A stretch of 43,325 bases of DNA from an uncultured Desulfuromonadales bacterium. Lineage in GTDB: Bacteria > Desulfobacterota > Desulfuromonadia > Desulfuromonadales > Geopsychrobacteraceae. The stretch is taken from contig CALZLE010000247.1 of the NCBI GenBank assembly GCA_945788205.1, positions 1-43,325 on the forward strand. The letters run 5' to 3'. Below are positions 19,287 to 28,249 of this stretch, piece after piece (within the stretch, counting starts at the first letter, position 1; every line of letters begins with the position of its first letter). The position numbers and the translations under genes were made by a program. The notes beneath the pieces are model-generated. The model saw only the letters and a list, made by a program, of their open reading frames with translations. It had not been told where the DNA came from and made no database searches.

Positions 19287-20368
19287 TTTTTCCTCTTGAA
19301 ATACCAGAGCATGCCGACCCCGCAGAGCAGCATCAGCCCCCAAACCATCGGGTAACCGTAGCGCCACTTCAACTCAGGCATCAGCTCAAAATTCATCCCG
19401 TAAATCCCGGCGATGAACGTCAGCGGGATAAAGATCGAGGCCATAATGGTCAAAACCTGCATAATCTCATTTGTCTTCTGGCTGACACTCGACATATACA
19501 GATCAACCAATCCAGAAGCGGTCTCGCGAAAACTCTCCACGGTATCGAGCACCTGAATCGTGTGGTCATACAGATCGCGGAGAAAAATATTCGTCGACTC
19601 TGCAAAGAGAGACGATTCCCCGTGCAGCAGGGCGGCAACCTGTTCCCGCATCGGCCAGATCGTTTTGCGTAAAAAGATCAGCTGCCCCTTCATTTGGTGG
19701 ACCTGTTGCAATAACTCCGGACTCGGCTGCGTAATCAACTCTGCCTCCAACTGATCAATTCGGTCGCCGATTTTCTCCAGAATATGAAAATAGCTGTCAA
19801 CCACTGAATCGACCAATGTATAGACAAGGTAGTCCGCACCCCGCTGTCTGATCCGACCACTTTTGCGCCTCAGTCTTTCGCGCACACCGTCAAAAACATC
19901 TCCCGGCCGCTCCTGAAAAGACAGCACATTATTCCGAGTCAGAAACAGGCTGATCTGTTCTGCGTCGATCCGAGACTGCTCCTCGTCGAAATAGAGCATT
20001 TTGGTAATGATCAGAGCAGAGTCGTCGAACTCTTCGAATTTCGGTGGATGACCAGTATTAAGGACATCTTCAAGAGCCAAAGGATGCAAATCGAAGGCTT
20101 TGCCAAAGGCGTCCAGAAGCTCGACATCATGGAGGCCATCCATATTAATCCAGCTGACCGTTGACGATTCTCTCAAGGGCAAGCATTCGGCGAGCAGAAT
20201 GTCTTTGTTAACTTCGTATTTGTCTTCGGAGTAGTCGATGTAAGACAGAATCGGCCGCTCGACCTTCTGCTCACCGACGTGAATCAGCGACCCTGGTGGT
20301 AGACCGATTTTCTTGGGTGGGCTACGAAACAGTGACGTTACTGTCTGTATCTGAGTGAAGAGCTTCAT
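19277..20368 (-). CDS. corA: Magnesium/cobalt transporter CorA
   Basis: GLPPGSLIHVG, LHPLALEDV, FIPLTFIAGIYGMNF..MPEL. Confidence 0.96.
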   Translation of the reverse strand: MKLFTQIQTVTSLFRSPPKKIGLPPGSLIHVGEQKVERPILSYIDYSEDKYEVNKDILLAECLPLRESSTVSWINMDGLHDVELLDAFGKAFDLHPLALEDVLNTGHPPKFEEFDDSALIITKMLYFDEEQSRIDAEQISLFLTRNNVLSFQERPGDVFDGVRERLRRKSGRIRQRGADYLVYTLVDSVVDSYFHILEKIGDRIDQLEAELITQPSPELLQQVHQMKGQLIFLRKTIWPMREQVAALLHGESSLFAESTNIFLRDLYDHTIQVLDTVESFRETASGLVDLYMSSVSQKTNEIMQVLTIMASIFIPLTFIAGIYGMNFELMPELKWRYGYPMVWGLMLLCGVGMLWYFKRKKWF

Positions 20369-20500
20369 CGATCCCGCCTCCTTTCGATGCATAAGCTACT
20401 CAGCAAATCAGCGCTCGAGACCAAAATCCTCGTCGATCAAAGACGAACTGTAAATATCGAGCAGACCACCACCCTTTAGCGTCAATTTTGCACGCTTTTG

Positions 20501-22003
20501 TTACTTAGCAACACCACGCAGATAGTCGACCAGTACCCGCACGCCGAAACCGGTGCCACCCTTCGGCTGCCCGGCTTTACCGCTACCCTCCCAGGCCATG
20601 CCGGCGATATCGATGTGTGCCCAGGTGTAGTCATCGGCGAACTTCTGCAAAAAGGCCGCAGCGGTGATAGTCCCGGCGGCCCGACCGCCAGTATTTTTCA
20701 CATCGGCAAAATCACTTTTGATCTGTGCTGCGTATTCTTCCCAAAGGGGTAATTGCCAGAGTTTCTCGCCGCTGCGTTCCCCTGCTTTGAGCAGTTGACG
20801 GATCAAGCCATCATGGTTGCCCATCACTCCGGCGGCGTGGTGACCGAGACCGATGATCACTGCTCCGGTCAGGGTCGCAACATCGATGACCACCCGCGGT
20901 TGATAACGGCCGACATAAGTGAGCGCATCGGCCAGAATCAGCCGCCCTTCGGCGTCGGTGTTGAGGACTTCGATGGTTTTTCCGGAGAGGGAGGTGAGAA
21001 TGTCGCCGGGCCTGATCGCGGTCCCCGAGGGCATATTTTCAACCGCCGGAACCACCGCGACCAGATTAATCGGCAGCTTCATTTGTGCGGCAGCCATGAT
21101 CGTGCCGAGCACTGCCGCTGCGCCGCCCATGTCCATCTTCATCTCGTCCATCTTGTCGGCCGGTTTGAGCGAAATACCACCGGCATCGAAGGTGACCCCC
21201 TTACCGACCAGCGCCACCGGCTTGGCATCTTCGGTGCTACCGCGATATTCGAGAACGATCAGGTAGGGATCACGTTCGCTGCCCTGTGCGACTCCGAGCA
21301 TCGCCCCGAAGCCTTGCCTTTTCAGCTCCTTACGATCGAGAAGCTTGGCTTTTATGCCGAGCTGTTCGGCCATCGACACCGCCTGCATCGCCAAAAACTC
21401 GGGAGATTTTTCATTCCCGGGAGCGTTGACCAGATCTCTCGCAAAACAGACTCCGGCAGTAATCGCTTCAGCATTCTGCAAGGCGGCATCCGCCTCGGCC
21501 TTACTTTCTTTATCGCCAATCAACAGGCCAACCCGGTCGAGAGCCACCGACTTGCCCGGCCGATCGGCCGACAGGTAGCGCTCATAACGGTAATCAGCCA
21601 GCAGCACTCCTTCGGCCACCGCCTGAACCTTTTCTGCCAGGCTGTTTTTTTTCAGTGCAATCTGCGGCAGCGCCAGCAGAAAGCTATCCAACTGCTTGTC
21701 AGTCAGCAGCTTTACGGCAAAGCTTGTCGCCTGCCGCAGACCGTTTAAGCCGAGCGATTTTTCTTTACCGAGCCCCAACAGGAGAACCCGTTCCGAAGCA
21801 AGGTTTTTGCCCGCGTGCAGTAACAGTGTCTGCCCTTTTTCCGCGGTAAATTCCTTGCTGCGAGTTGCGCGCGTGTACGCTCCATCGACCCCCTTGTCCA
21901 ACTCCTGCAGTAAGGGTTCTTTGAGCTTTCCCTCCAAAACACCGATTATCAAACAGGGGGTTTTCTGTTTCAGCGCGGCCCCTTTTTTTATCATCAACTT
22001 CAT
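20501..22003 (-). CDS. pepA: Leucyl aminopeptidase (M17)
   Basis: VGKGVTFDAGGISLKP, MKMDMGGAA, NTDAEGRLILADAL, HIDIAG. Confidence 0.97.
   Translation of the reverse strand: MKLMIKKGAALKQKTPCLIIGVLEGKLKEPLLQELDKGVDGAYTRATRSKEFTAEKGQTLLLHAGKNLASERVLLLGLGKEKSLGLNGLRQATSFAVKLLTDKQLDSFLLALPQIALKKNSLAEKVQAVAEGVLLADYRYERYLSADRPGKSVALDRVGLLIGDKESKAEADAALQNAEAITAGVCFARDLVNAPGNEKSPEFLAMQAVSMAEQLGIKAKLLDRKELKRQGFGAMLGVAQGSERDPYLIVLEYRGSTEDAKPVALVGKGVTFDAGGISLKPADKMDEMKMDMGGAAAVLGTIMAAAQMKLPINLVAVVPAVENMPSGTAIRPGDILTSLSGKTIEVLNTDAEGRLILADALTYVGRYQPRVVIDVATLTGAVIIGLGHHAAGVMGNHDGLIRQLLKAGERSGEKLWQLPLWEEYAAQIKSDFADVKNTGGRAAGTITAAAFLQKFADDYTWAHIDIAGMAWEGSGKAGQPKGGTGFGVRVLVDYLRGVAK
20517..20556 (-). repeat. 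Direct repeat copy within the pepA 3' end
   Basis: cgcagatagtcgaccagtacccgcacgccgaaaccggtgc, identical to 16798-16837. Confidence 0.95.
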
Positions 22004-22115
22004 GCTGGCTCCTTTTATTTCAGAGAATCAAAATAACGAATTTATTTGCTAACAAACCGATATAACAGTTTCTTTTTTCTGTTCAACTAATGATAGCACC
22101 CCCGCTATCTTTTTT

Positions 22116-22143
22116 TTGACAAATAGTCGCAAGCCGATAGAAT
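22116..22143 (+). promoter_or_regulatory. Putative sigma70 promoter
   Basis: TTGACA-N16-TAGAAT upstream of the lipoprotein gene. Confidence 0.55.
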
Positions 22144-22213
22144 TGGTAAAGTTTATAATTCATGAACTTTTTAAAAATTTGTCCTTTTATAAATGTACCG
22201 ATGGAGGATCACG

Positions 22214-23020
22214 ATGCGGCAACTATTGACTTTATTTCTGCTCCTCGGCTTATTAGCCGGCTGCGCTCCAATGACAAAAGACCAGACCAACTTTATTGAT
22301 GGAAATGGCCGCAGCGGCCTGACCGGCAAAGTCACGCTGAAAAAAGATGGTCAACCACTGAGTGGTGTATATGTCAATGTTTACCCGAGCCATGCTCCCA
22401 ACCTGCTCGGGCCATCGACCTACATTTCTAGTCCAACCAGTGCGGACGGCAACTACAGTATCGATGTCCCTCCGGGAAAATATTTTGTCGTTGCCCGCAA
22501 GCGGACTTCGGGGATGGCGACCGGACCGATTTCGACCGGTGACTACTTCTCTGAAGATTCTCGTTTAGTCACAGAAATCAAAGCAGGAAAGCTGACTCAA
22601 ATCGACTTGCCGATGCTCAACATGGCGGCACCGATGTTCTTTAAACAGGGCGGTATTATCAATGTGACCGAAACCGGGATCACTGGCGTTCTCGTTGACA
22701 GCACCGGCAAACCTCTGCCGGGCGGTTTTGCCATCGCTTATACAAACAATGATATTCAGCGGCTGCCCGATTACGCTTCGGCCCTGACTAACGACAAAGG
22801 TGAATTCACTCTCTATTTACCGCAAGGCGGTGAGTATTATCTGGCGGCGCGGATGCACGCCTGGGACATGCCACGTCCCGGCGAGCTGTACGGAAAATAT
22901 GATGGTGAGGTGGTTACACCGATCAAGGTGCCGAATAAGGGGTTTGTCAAAAACATCAAAATGGTGATGGAGCCTTTTACCGGTGTCTACAAAGAAGGGA
23001 TGAATAAGCGTCCGCTCTGA
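22214..23020 (+). CDS. Lipoprotein with two carboxypeptidase-regulatory-like (prealbumin-fold) domains
   Basis: Lipobox LLAG-C; two similar units GxTGxxxxxxGxPL...DGxY/FxxxxPxGxYxxxAR. Confidence 0.75.
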   Translation: MRQLLTLFLLLGLLAGCAPMTKDQTNFIDGNGRSGLTGKVTLKKDGQPLSGVYVNVYPSHAPNLLGPSTYISSPTSADGNYSIDVPPGKYFVVARKRTSGMATGPISTGDYFSEDSRLVTEIKAGKLTQIDLPMLNMAAPMFFKQGGIINVTETGITGVLVDSTGKPLPGGFAIAYTNNDIQRLPDYASALTNDKGEFTLYLPQGGEYYLAARMHAWDMPRPGELYGKYDGEVVTPIKVPNKGFVKNIKMVMEPFTGVYKEGMNKRPL

Positions 23021-23047
23021 TTTAAGCCTAAAGCTCAGTCAATGATG

Positions 23048-23084
23048 GCGGGAACAGAAATCAAATTCTGTTCCCGTTTTTTTT
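23048..23084 (+). terminator. Rho-independent terminator
   Basis: GCGGGAACAGAA-ATCAAA-TTCTGTTCCCGT followed by a T run. Confidence 0.85.
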
Positions 23085-23090
23085 CGCGCC

Positions 23091-24401
23091 TCAAATGCCA
23101 CTTGAGGTAAGAGAATCGTTGAAGGCCTGCTGCTTCATCTTCAGCGCAATCTGACGGCGAATCCGGGTCGGTATTTCGACATGCAGGCACTGGGTTTGTC
23201 GCCCCAGTTTGCAAGCCTCAAGGCGCTGTTTAGCATTGGCTCCGGCGCTTGGCAGCCAGCGAACATTCTCTTTCGGTAGAAAGCCTCGCTCTTCACCCGG
23301 CAACATACTTTCAACCTCTTCGCGTGGATCGAAACTGCGCCCGATCAATTGCAGACCTCCCAGCATCCCCAAGTGAAAGGCCTGGTGTGGGCCGGTACAG
23401 AACTGCAGGTAGATCTCTTCCGAGAGTTCACGGACCATCTGCAGCCCCTGGAGCAAGCGTTTATTCGGCTGCAAATAGATCCCACTCTGCCAGGTCTCAA
23501 CTGCACCCAAATCCTCTAATCGAGGGTACGGGGGCAAACCGCCCATCCCGACCAGCACCCGCTCATCCTCGGCATGGGTGCCGACGTAGCCATGCACATC
23601 AACAATCAATTCGGGAGCCGGTCCGCTCAACTGTTTGACATAGCGACACAAGCCCTCTTCATGCTTATAGCAGTAGGGATGACCGCGCTGATCAACGTAG
23701 GGATAAATGACATCAATGTTGCTCGGATTAAGCGGCACTCCCCAGCTTTTTAGTTTCTGTAGATTAGCATCCGCCAGCGGCTCCCGGCCGGAGAAACCAA
23801 GATTGATCAATGCCCCCCGTCCCTTTTGATAGCGGAGAAAATAGAGCGCCACTTCCAGGGTATGCGGATCGTAGGGACCGTGACTGACCGTCAACAGCGG
23901 TAGCTGCGGATCAGCCTTTTCTGCCTGCAACAGCAGAACTCCACCAGCTTCATCAGCGATAAACTTGCAGCTGAAACCAGCCAGCCTCTGGCACGGCTGC
24001 CAATCGGTATCGGCTTCCGGAAGTTTGCCGAAAAAACCTCGCAGAACCCGCTCACGCCAGCTCGGAACAAAACGGATACAGTGGCCTTTGAGGCGATAAT
24101 AGATATGATAGCGTGGGGTATCGAGATAGACACGGATGCCGAGCTGCTTTAGCAACTGCTGGTTATAATTATTCTGGGTCGTGTGCAGCAGCCGCTCAGT
24201 AAGCTCATCAAAGGAAGCATAAAAATTATCAGCGGGCAGGGGTTCTACCAGCTCGACCCGTTTGAGACCAGCATAATCCTCGCGGGCAATCTCCACCTCA
24301 AGACGGTTCAGATGCCGCTTAAAGGGGGCCGCTTCATCGACCTTGAAACGGTTGACAAACAACGGTGAAATTCTTGCGGGTGACTTGGGTTGCTCAGGCA
24401 T
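23091..24401 (-). CDS. Hypothetical protein (436 aa), possibly Zn-amidohydrolase-like
   Basis: Long ORF with GAGGG RBS before MPEQ; motifs VSHGPYDPHT, IVDVHG, LHVEIP. Confidence 0.75.
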   Translation of the reverse strand: MPEQPKSPARISPLFVNRFKVDEAAPFKRHLNRLEVEIAREDYAGLKRVELVEPLPADNFYASFDELTERLLHTTQNNYNQQLLKQLGIRVYLDTPRYHIYYRLKGHCIRFVPSWRERVLRGFFGKLPEADTDWQPCQRLAGFSCKFIADEAGGVLLLQAEKADPQLPLLTVSHGPYDPHTLEVALYFLRYQKGRGALINLGFSGREPLADANLQKLKSWGVPLNPSNIDVIYPYVDQRGHPYCYKHEEGLCRYVKQLSGPAPELIVDVHGYVGTHAEDERVLVGMGGLPPYPRLEDLGAVETWQSGIYLQPNKRLLQGLQMVRELSEEIYLQFCTGPHQAFHLGMLGGLQLIGRSFDPREEVESMLPGEERGFLPKENVRWLPSAGANAKQRLEACKLGRQTQCLHVEIPTRIRRQIALKMKQQAFNDSLTSSGI

Positions 24402-24466
24402 CGAATTATCCCTCACATACGTCAAGAATAACCCTGCCACTCCGTTTGAAACAAGTGGCCGAAAAA

Positions 24467-25531
24467 CTATTTTTCCGTTAATCGCTTCAGAGCCTCGACA
24501 ACCCGCTGCACGCCGCTGTCGAAAGGTTCCAGCTCAACTTCGATCCTTTGTTCCGGATAAGTGTGCAGGTAAAGGGGATCGTAGTAATGCACCATCAGGT
24601 CACGAACCAGCTCTTCCCATTTGCCGGCATGCAACAATTCGAGCAGATGATTGACAACCTTATTGCCGAGCCGCTCCTTTAAAGCACAGATCGGTTTTTC
24701 AAATTGCTCCCGCAACTGATCCAAAGCGGGATAGTCGTCCAGAATGATCCGGGTGCGGAATTCCAATGAGGCTTTCAACCAAAGGCTGGTCTGCACCTGC
24801 ATCGCCTGATGAAAACGTTTCGGCACCAGCAAGCGTCCGATGTGCAGACTTTCCCCTTCGGTGACCAAGTAGTCAGCTGAATCAAGCTGATCTAACCGAT
24901 CCCAGAGCAGTGCCTCAAACATTTTCTGCCGGGGTTGCGGCTCCAGACCAAGAGCGCCGAAAGCGCTACCACGGTGATTTGCCAGCCCTTCCAGATCAAC
25001 GACCGGGAAGTCCTGTTCCTCCAAACGGTGCAGGACTTCAGTCTTACCAACTCCGGTCAAACCCCGCAGGACATAGATCGGCGGCCATTGCGCAGATTCA
25101 AAATAAGCACAAACATGACTCCGAAACGCCTTGTGCCCACCGATTAATTGCCGGGCATGAATACCGGCCAGATTCAAAAAGCTGGTCATCGCCAACGAGC
25201 GCATCCCACCCCGCCAGCAAAACACGATCACCGGACCAGTGTGCTCACGTTGCGCTGCTTCGACCTGTTTTAGCAATGCCGGGATTTTCGGTGAGACCAG
25301 CTCAACCCCGAGCATTCGGGCAGTCCCCTTGCCTTTTTGCTTATACAGCGTCCCAACTTGGACGCGCTCTTCATCACTGAAGATCGGCACATTGATAGCG
25401 CCAGGAATCGTCGCCTCAGCAAACTCAGCTGGGGTCCGAACGTCGACCAGCAACGCCCCCTTATTGCGCAGCTCAAGAGCTTTATCTAGTTCTACAGTTG
25501 CCTGAATCAAATCATTATCCGAACGGGTCAT
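24467..25531 (-). CDS. selU: tRNA 2-selenouridine synthase
   Basis: Rhodanese domain (DVRTPAEF, FCWRGGMRS) plus P-loop GLTGVGKT, DLEGLANHRGSAFG, HYYDPLY; start set at MTRSD, outside the tRNA. Confidence 0.95.
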   Translation of the reverse strand: MTRSDNDLIQATVELDKALELRNKGALLVDVRTPAEFAEATIPGAINVPIFSDEERVQVGTLYKQKGKGTARMLGVELVSPKIPALLKQVEAAQREHTGPVIVFCWRGGMRSLAMTSFLNLAGIHARQLIGGHKAFRSHVCAYFESAQWPPIYVLRGLTGVGKTEVLHRLEEQDFPVVDLEGLANHRGSAFGALGLEPQPRQKMFEALLWDRLDQLDSADYLVTEGESLHIGRLLVPKRFHQAMQVQTSLWLKASLEFRTRIILDDYPALDQLREQFEKPICALKERLGNKVVNHLLELLHAGKWEELVRDLMVHYYDPLYLHTYPEQRIEVELEPFDSGVQRVVEALKRLTEK

Positions 25532-25595
25532 AGGATTATCGATGCATGTTTCTACACCATCACGCAGCGCAACACAACAAATCGATAAAAAACGG

Positions 25596-25624
25596 TTGAC
25601 CTTCGGTTTCATTTCCGTTAGTGT
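25596..25624 (+). promoter_or_regulatory. sigma70 promoter of tRNA-fMet
   Basis: TTGACC-N17-TAGTGT, 13 nt before the tRNA. Confidence 0.6.
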
Positions 25625-25637
25625 CGGCAACCGTTGT

Positions 25638-25714
<77 letters not shown>

Positions 25715-25723
25715 AAATAATTC

Positions 25724-25755
25724 AGGAGTTCACCCCTCGGTGAGCTCCTTTTTTT
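25724..25755 (+). terminator. Terminator after tRNA-fMet
   Basis: AGGAGTTCACC-CCTC-GGTGAGCTCCT followed by a T run. Confidence 0.85.
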
Positions 25756-25866
25756 GTTCTCACTTGCCCTCGCTCCCCGCGCAGCTCAAATTTGCAACCT
25801 CTTGATTAATCTGCTAGATTGTCTCATATCAGCACTAATGAGAGAGCATCTCAGCGGGGAGGAACC

Positions 25867-26979
25867 ATGTCTAAATCTGCCTTTATTGTCGAGGGTCGTT
25901 ATCGCCTGGCTGCCGAGCAAGGGAAAGCGGACGCCCAATACAATTACGGCCGGATGTGTGAGCGGGGCGATGGCGCACATCAGGATTCCCGCGAGGCGGC
26001 GCAATGGTATCGGCGAGCGGCTGATCAGGGGCATGTAAACGCGCAATTGGCCCTTGGTTCTCTCTACGAGCAGGGGAACGGCGTCCCGCAGGATGACGGT
26101 GAAGCGATCAAATGGTATCGCAAAGCTGCGGAGCAGGGAGATGCCAACGCTCAATACAATCTCGGCGTGATGCTCGCTTTCGGGCAGGGAGTCGCCGCGG
26201 ATGTAAAAGAAGCGCTACACTACTGCCAGCTGGCTGCAAAACAGAATCACATCAACGCGCAGTACACTCTCGGCATGATGTACGCCAATGGTGAGGGAAT
26301 CGGCCAGGATTACGACCGGGCAGTTCACTGGTACCGCGTTGCCGCCCAGCAGGGCAGCGCTGATGCTCAGTATAATCTGGGGGTTATGTACGCCTTCGGT
26401 CAGGGAGTTGAACGCAGCAGCCTGCAGGCTTTCAAATGGTGTCGGATGGCAGCCGAGCAGGGACATGTCGATGCTCAACACAACCTCGGCTTTATGTACT
26501 CAAAGGGGGAAGGAATCACTGCTGATCCGTTTGAGGCGGTCAAATGGTATCGATTAGCAGCCGAGCAGGGCGACATTGATGCTCAGTACAATCTCGGCAG
26601 TATGTATGTCAACGGCGAGGAGATTCCACAGGATTACGCGGAGGCAAGACATTGGTGGCTGTTGGCTGCAGAAGCAGGCAATGCTGCCGCGCAATATAAC
26701 CTCGGCGTAATGTACGTCTTCGGCTACGGCGTTGAAAAGAACGATGCCGAAGCGATCAAATGGTGGAGTAAAGCGGTTGAGCAAGGCTATACCGATGCAC
26801 AGTACAATCTCGGTGGTATGTATGCGTTGGGCCGCGGAGTTCCAAAGGACTACGTCAAGGCCTATGTCTGGCTGCGCTTACCTGCCGACAAGGGCCACAC
26901 GGATGCACAAACGGTGCTGAAATCGCTGGAAAACAAAATGTCTCCGGCGCAGATTGAAGAAGCCCGCCGCGATGCATAA
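25867..26979 (+). CDS. Sel1-like repeat protein (about 9 repeats)
   Basis: 36-aa periodic AQYNLGxMYxxGxGVxxDxxxAxxWYxxAAEQG; GGAGG RBS; no signal peptide. Confidence 0.93.
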   Translation: MSKSAFIVEGRYRLAAEQGKADAQYNYGRMCERGDGAHQDSREAAQWYRRAADQGHVNAQLALGSLYEQGNGVPQDDGEAIKWYRKAAEQGDANAQYNLGVMLAFGQGVAADVKEALHYCQLAAKQNHINAQYTLGMMYANGEGIGQDYDRAVHWYRVAAQQGSADAQYNLGVMYAFGQGVERSSLQAFKWCRMAAEQGHVDAQHNLGFMYSKGEGITADPFEAVKWYRLAAEQGDIDAQYNLGSMYVNGEEIPQDYAEARHWWLLAAEAGNAAAQYNLGVMYVFGYGVEKNDAEAIKWWSKAVEQGYTDAQYNLGGMYALGRGVPKDYVKAYVWLRLPADKGHTDAQTVLKSLENKMSPAQIEEARRDA

Positions 26980-27013
26980 AAAGTCTGCCAACGGTTGGAG
27001 AAAAATATCGGTT

Positions 27014-27058
27014 AAAAAGAAACGCCGGTAGCACTTGCCACCGGCGTTTCTTCATTTC
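27014..27058. terminator. Bidirectional terminator between the Sel1 gene and cheV
   Basis: AAGAAACGCCGG...CCGGCGTTTCTT inverted repeat. Confidence 0.75.
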
Positions 27059-27076
27059 TTTTTATCGGCAATAAAA

Positions 27077-28057
27077 CTATTCGCTGGCCTCTTCCTCTCC
27101 TGCTATCCCCATGTACTGATCCATCATTCGCACCAAATATGGAATTTGCGGTTTACTTGCATAACCATCGGCACCGACGGAATCACACTTATTTTTCATT
27201 TGCTCATTTATCAGGGAAGAGAAAAGAACAACTTTCACCTTTTTAAGAAGCGGATCATCTTTAATCCGCTTGCACAGAGTCAAGCCATCCATCCTCGGCA
27301 TTTCAATATCAGTAATCAGAAGGTTCAAGTATTCGCTGATATCTTTGCCCTCATCAACGGCGATTTTTTTAAGTTCCATAATTTTGTTGAAACAATCCTC
27401 TCCATCAACAAAAACTTTGAGATCTGTATAACCGGATTTCTTCAAGATCCGCTCAATGCCATCGCGAATCAACGGTGAATCCTCGGCCATCATCACCTTT
27501 TTAGACTGTCGACTGTGTGGGACTTTCTCCGCCATCTCCTCATGGTGCAAATCGGCCTCGAAATCAAGCCCTGATTCAGGATCAAATTCAGCGACAATAT
27601 GCTCGAGGTCGACAATGAGAATTTCACGACCCTCGATATTGATGCTGCCAGTAAAACGCGGATGATACTGATCGATAAAAGAGGCCATCGGCTGCACATC
27701 GACCCAGGTCACCCGGTGAATCATATTGACGCCGTCGACTTTAAAACCGTTGACCCGCTCGTTGAATTCACAGACCAGCACCACCCGGCGAACCTCGTCA
27801 TCAAGGTGCTCCTCTGTCTGCGCCATATGTTCCTTCAGGTCGATCAATGGAATTGTGCTGCCACGGAGCAGAAGCGTGCCAAGCATGCCCGGATCGCTAC
27901 CGGGAATCACGGTAACTGCCGCTTCGTCGTAAGGGATGATCTCCTTCAGCTTATGAACATTGATACCAAAAGACTGTGTACCGAGATAAAACTCGATGAT
28001 CTCCATCTCGTTCGTACCGGTTTCGAGGAGAATTTCCTGCTTTGCTCGTTTTGCCAT
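27077..28057 (-). CDS. cheV: Chemotaxis protein CheV (CheW + receiver)
   Basis: ILLETGTNEMEIIEF, FGINVHKLKEII, AEDSPLIR, ITDIEMPRMDGLTL, FSSLI. Confidence 0.95.
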   Translation of the reverse strand: MAKRAKQEILLETGTNEMEIIEFYLGTQSFGINVHKLKEIIPYDEAAVTVIPGSDPGMLGTLLLRGSTIPLIDLKEHMAQTEEHLDDEVRRVVLVCEFNERVNGFKVDGVNMIHRVTWVDVQPMASFIDQYHPRFTGSINIEGREILIVDLEHIVAEFDPESGLDFEADLHHEEMAEKVPHSRQSKKVMMAEDSPLIRDGIERILKKSGYTDLKVFVDGEDCFNKIMELKKIAVDEGKDISEYLNLLITDIEMPRMDGLTLCKRIKDDPLLKKVKVVLFSSLINEQMKNKCDSVGADGYASKPQIPYLVRMMDQYMGIAGEEEASE

Positions 28058-28249
28058 CAGTCAGCCCTTTCCTTTTCAAAATGACACAGCCTTAACATTT
28101 GACCATCTTAACCAAGTTGAGTCAATTAGCAATTACTGTATTAATATTTTTTCTTGCTGATTTCTTGTGTATAATGTCAGCTTAACGGGTATCAACTCAT
28201 CAATTTGGCTATTTTTTTATAGTTCGAAACGCTAAGAAGGGGCCACAGC

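Noticed and set aside
20753-21748. 331-aa plus-strand ORF
   Set aside because: Antisense shadow of pepA
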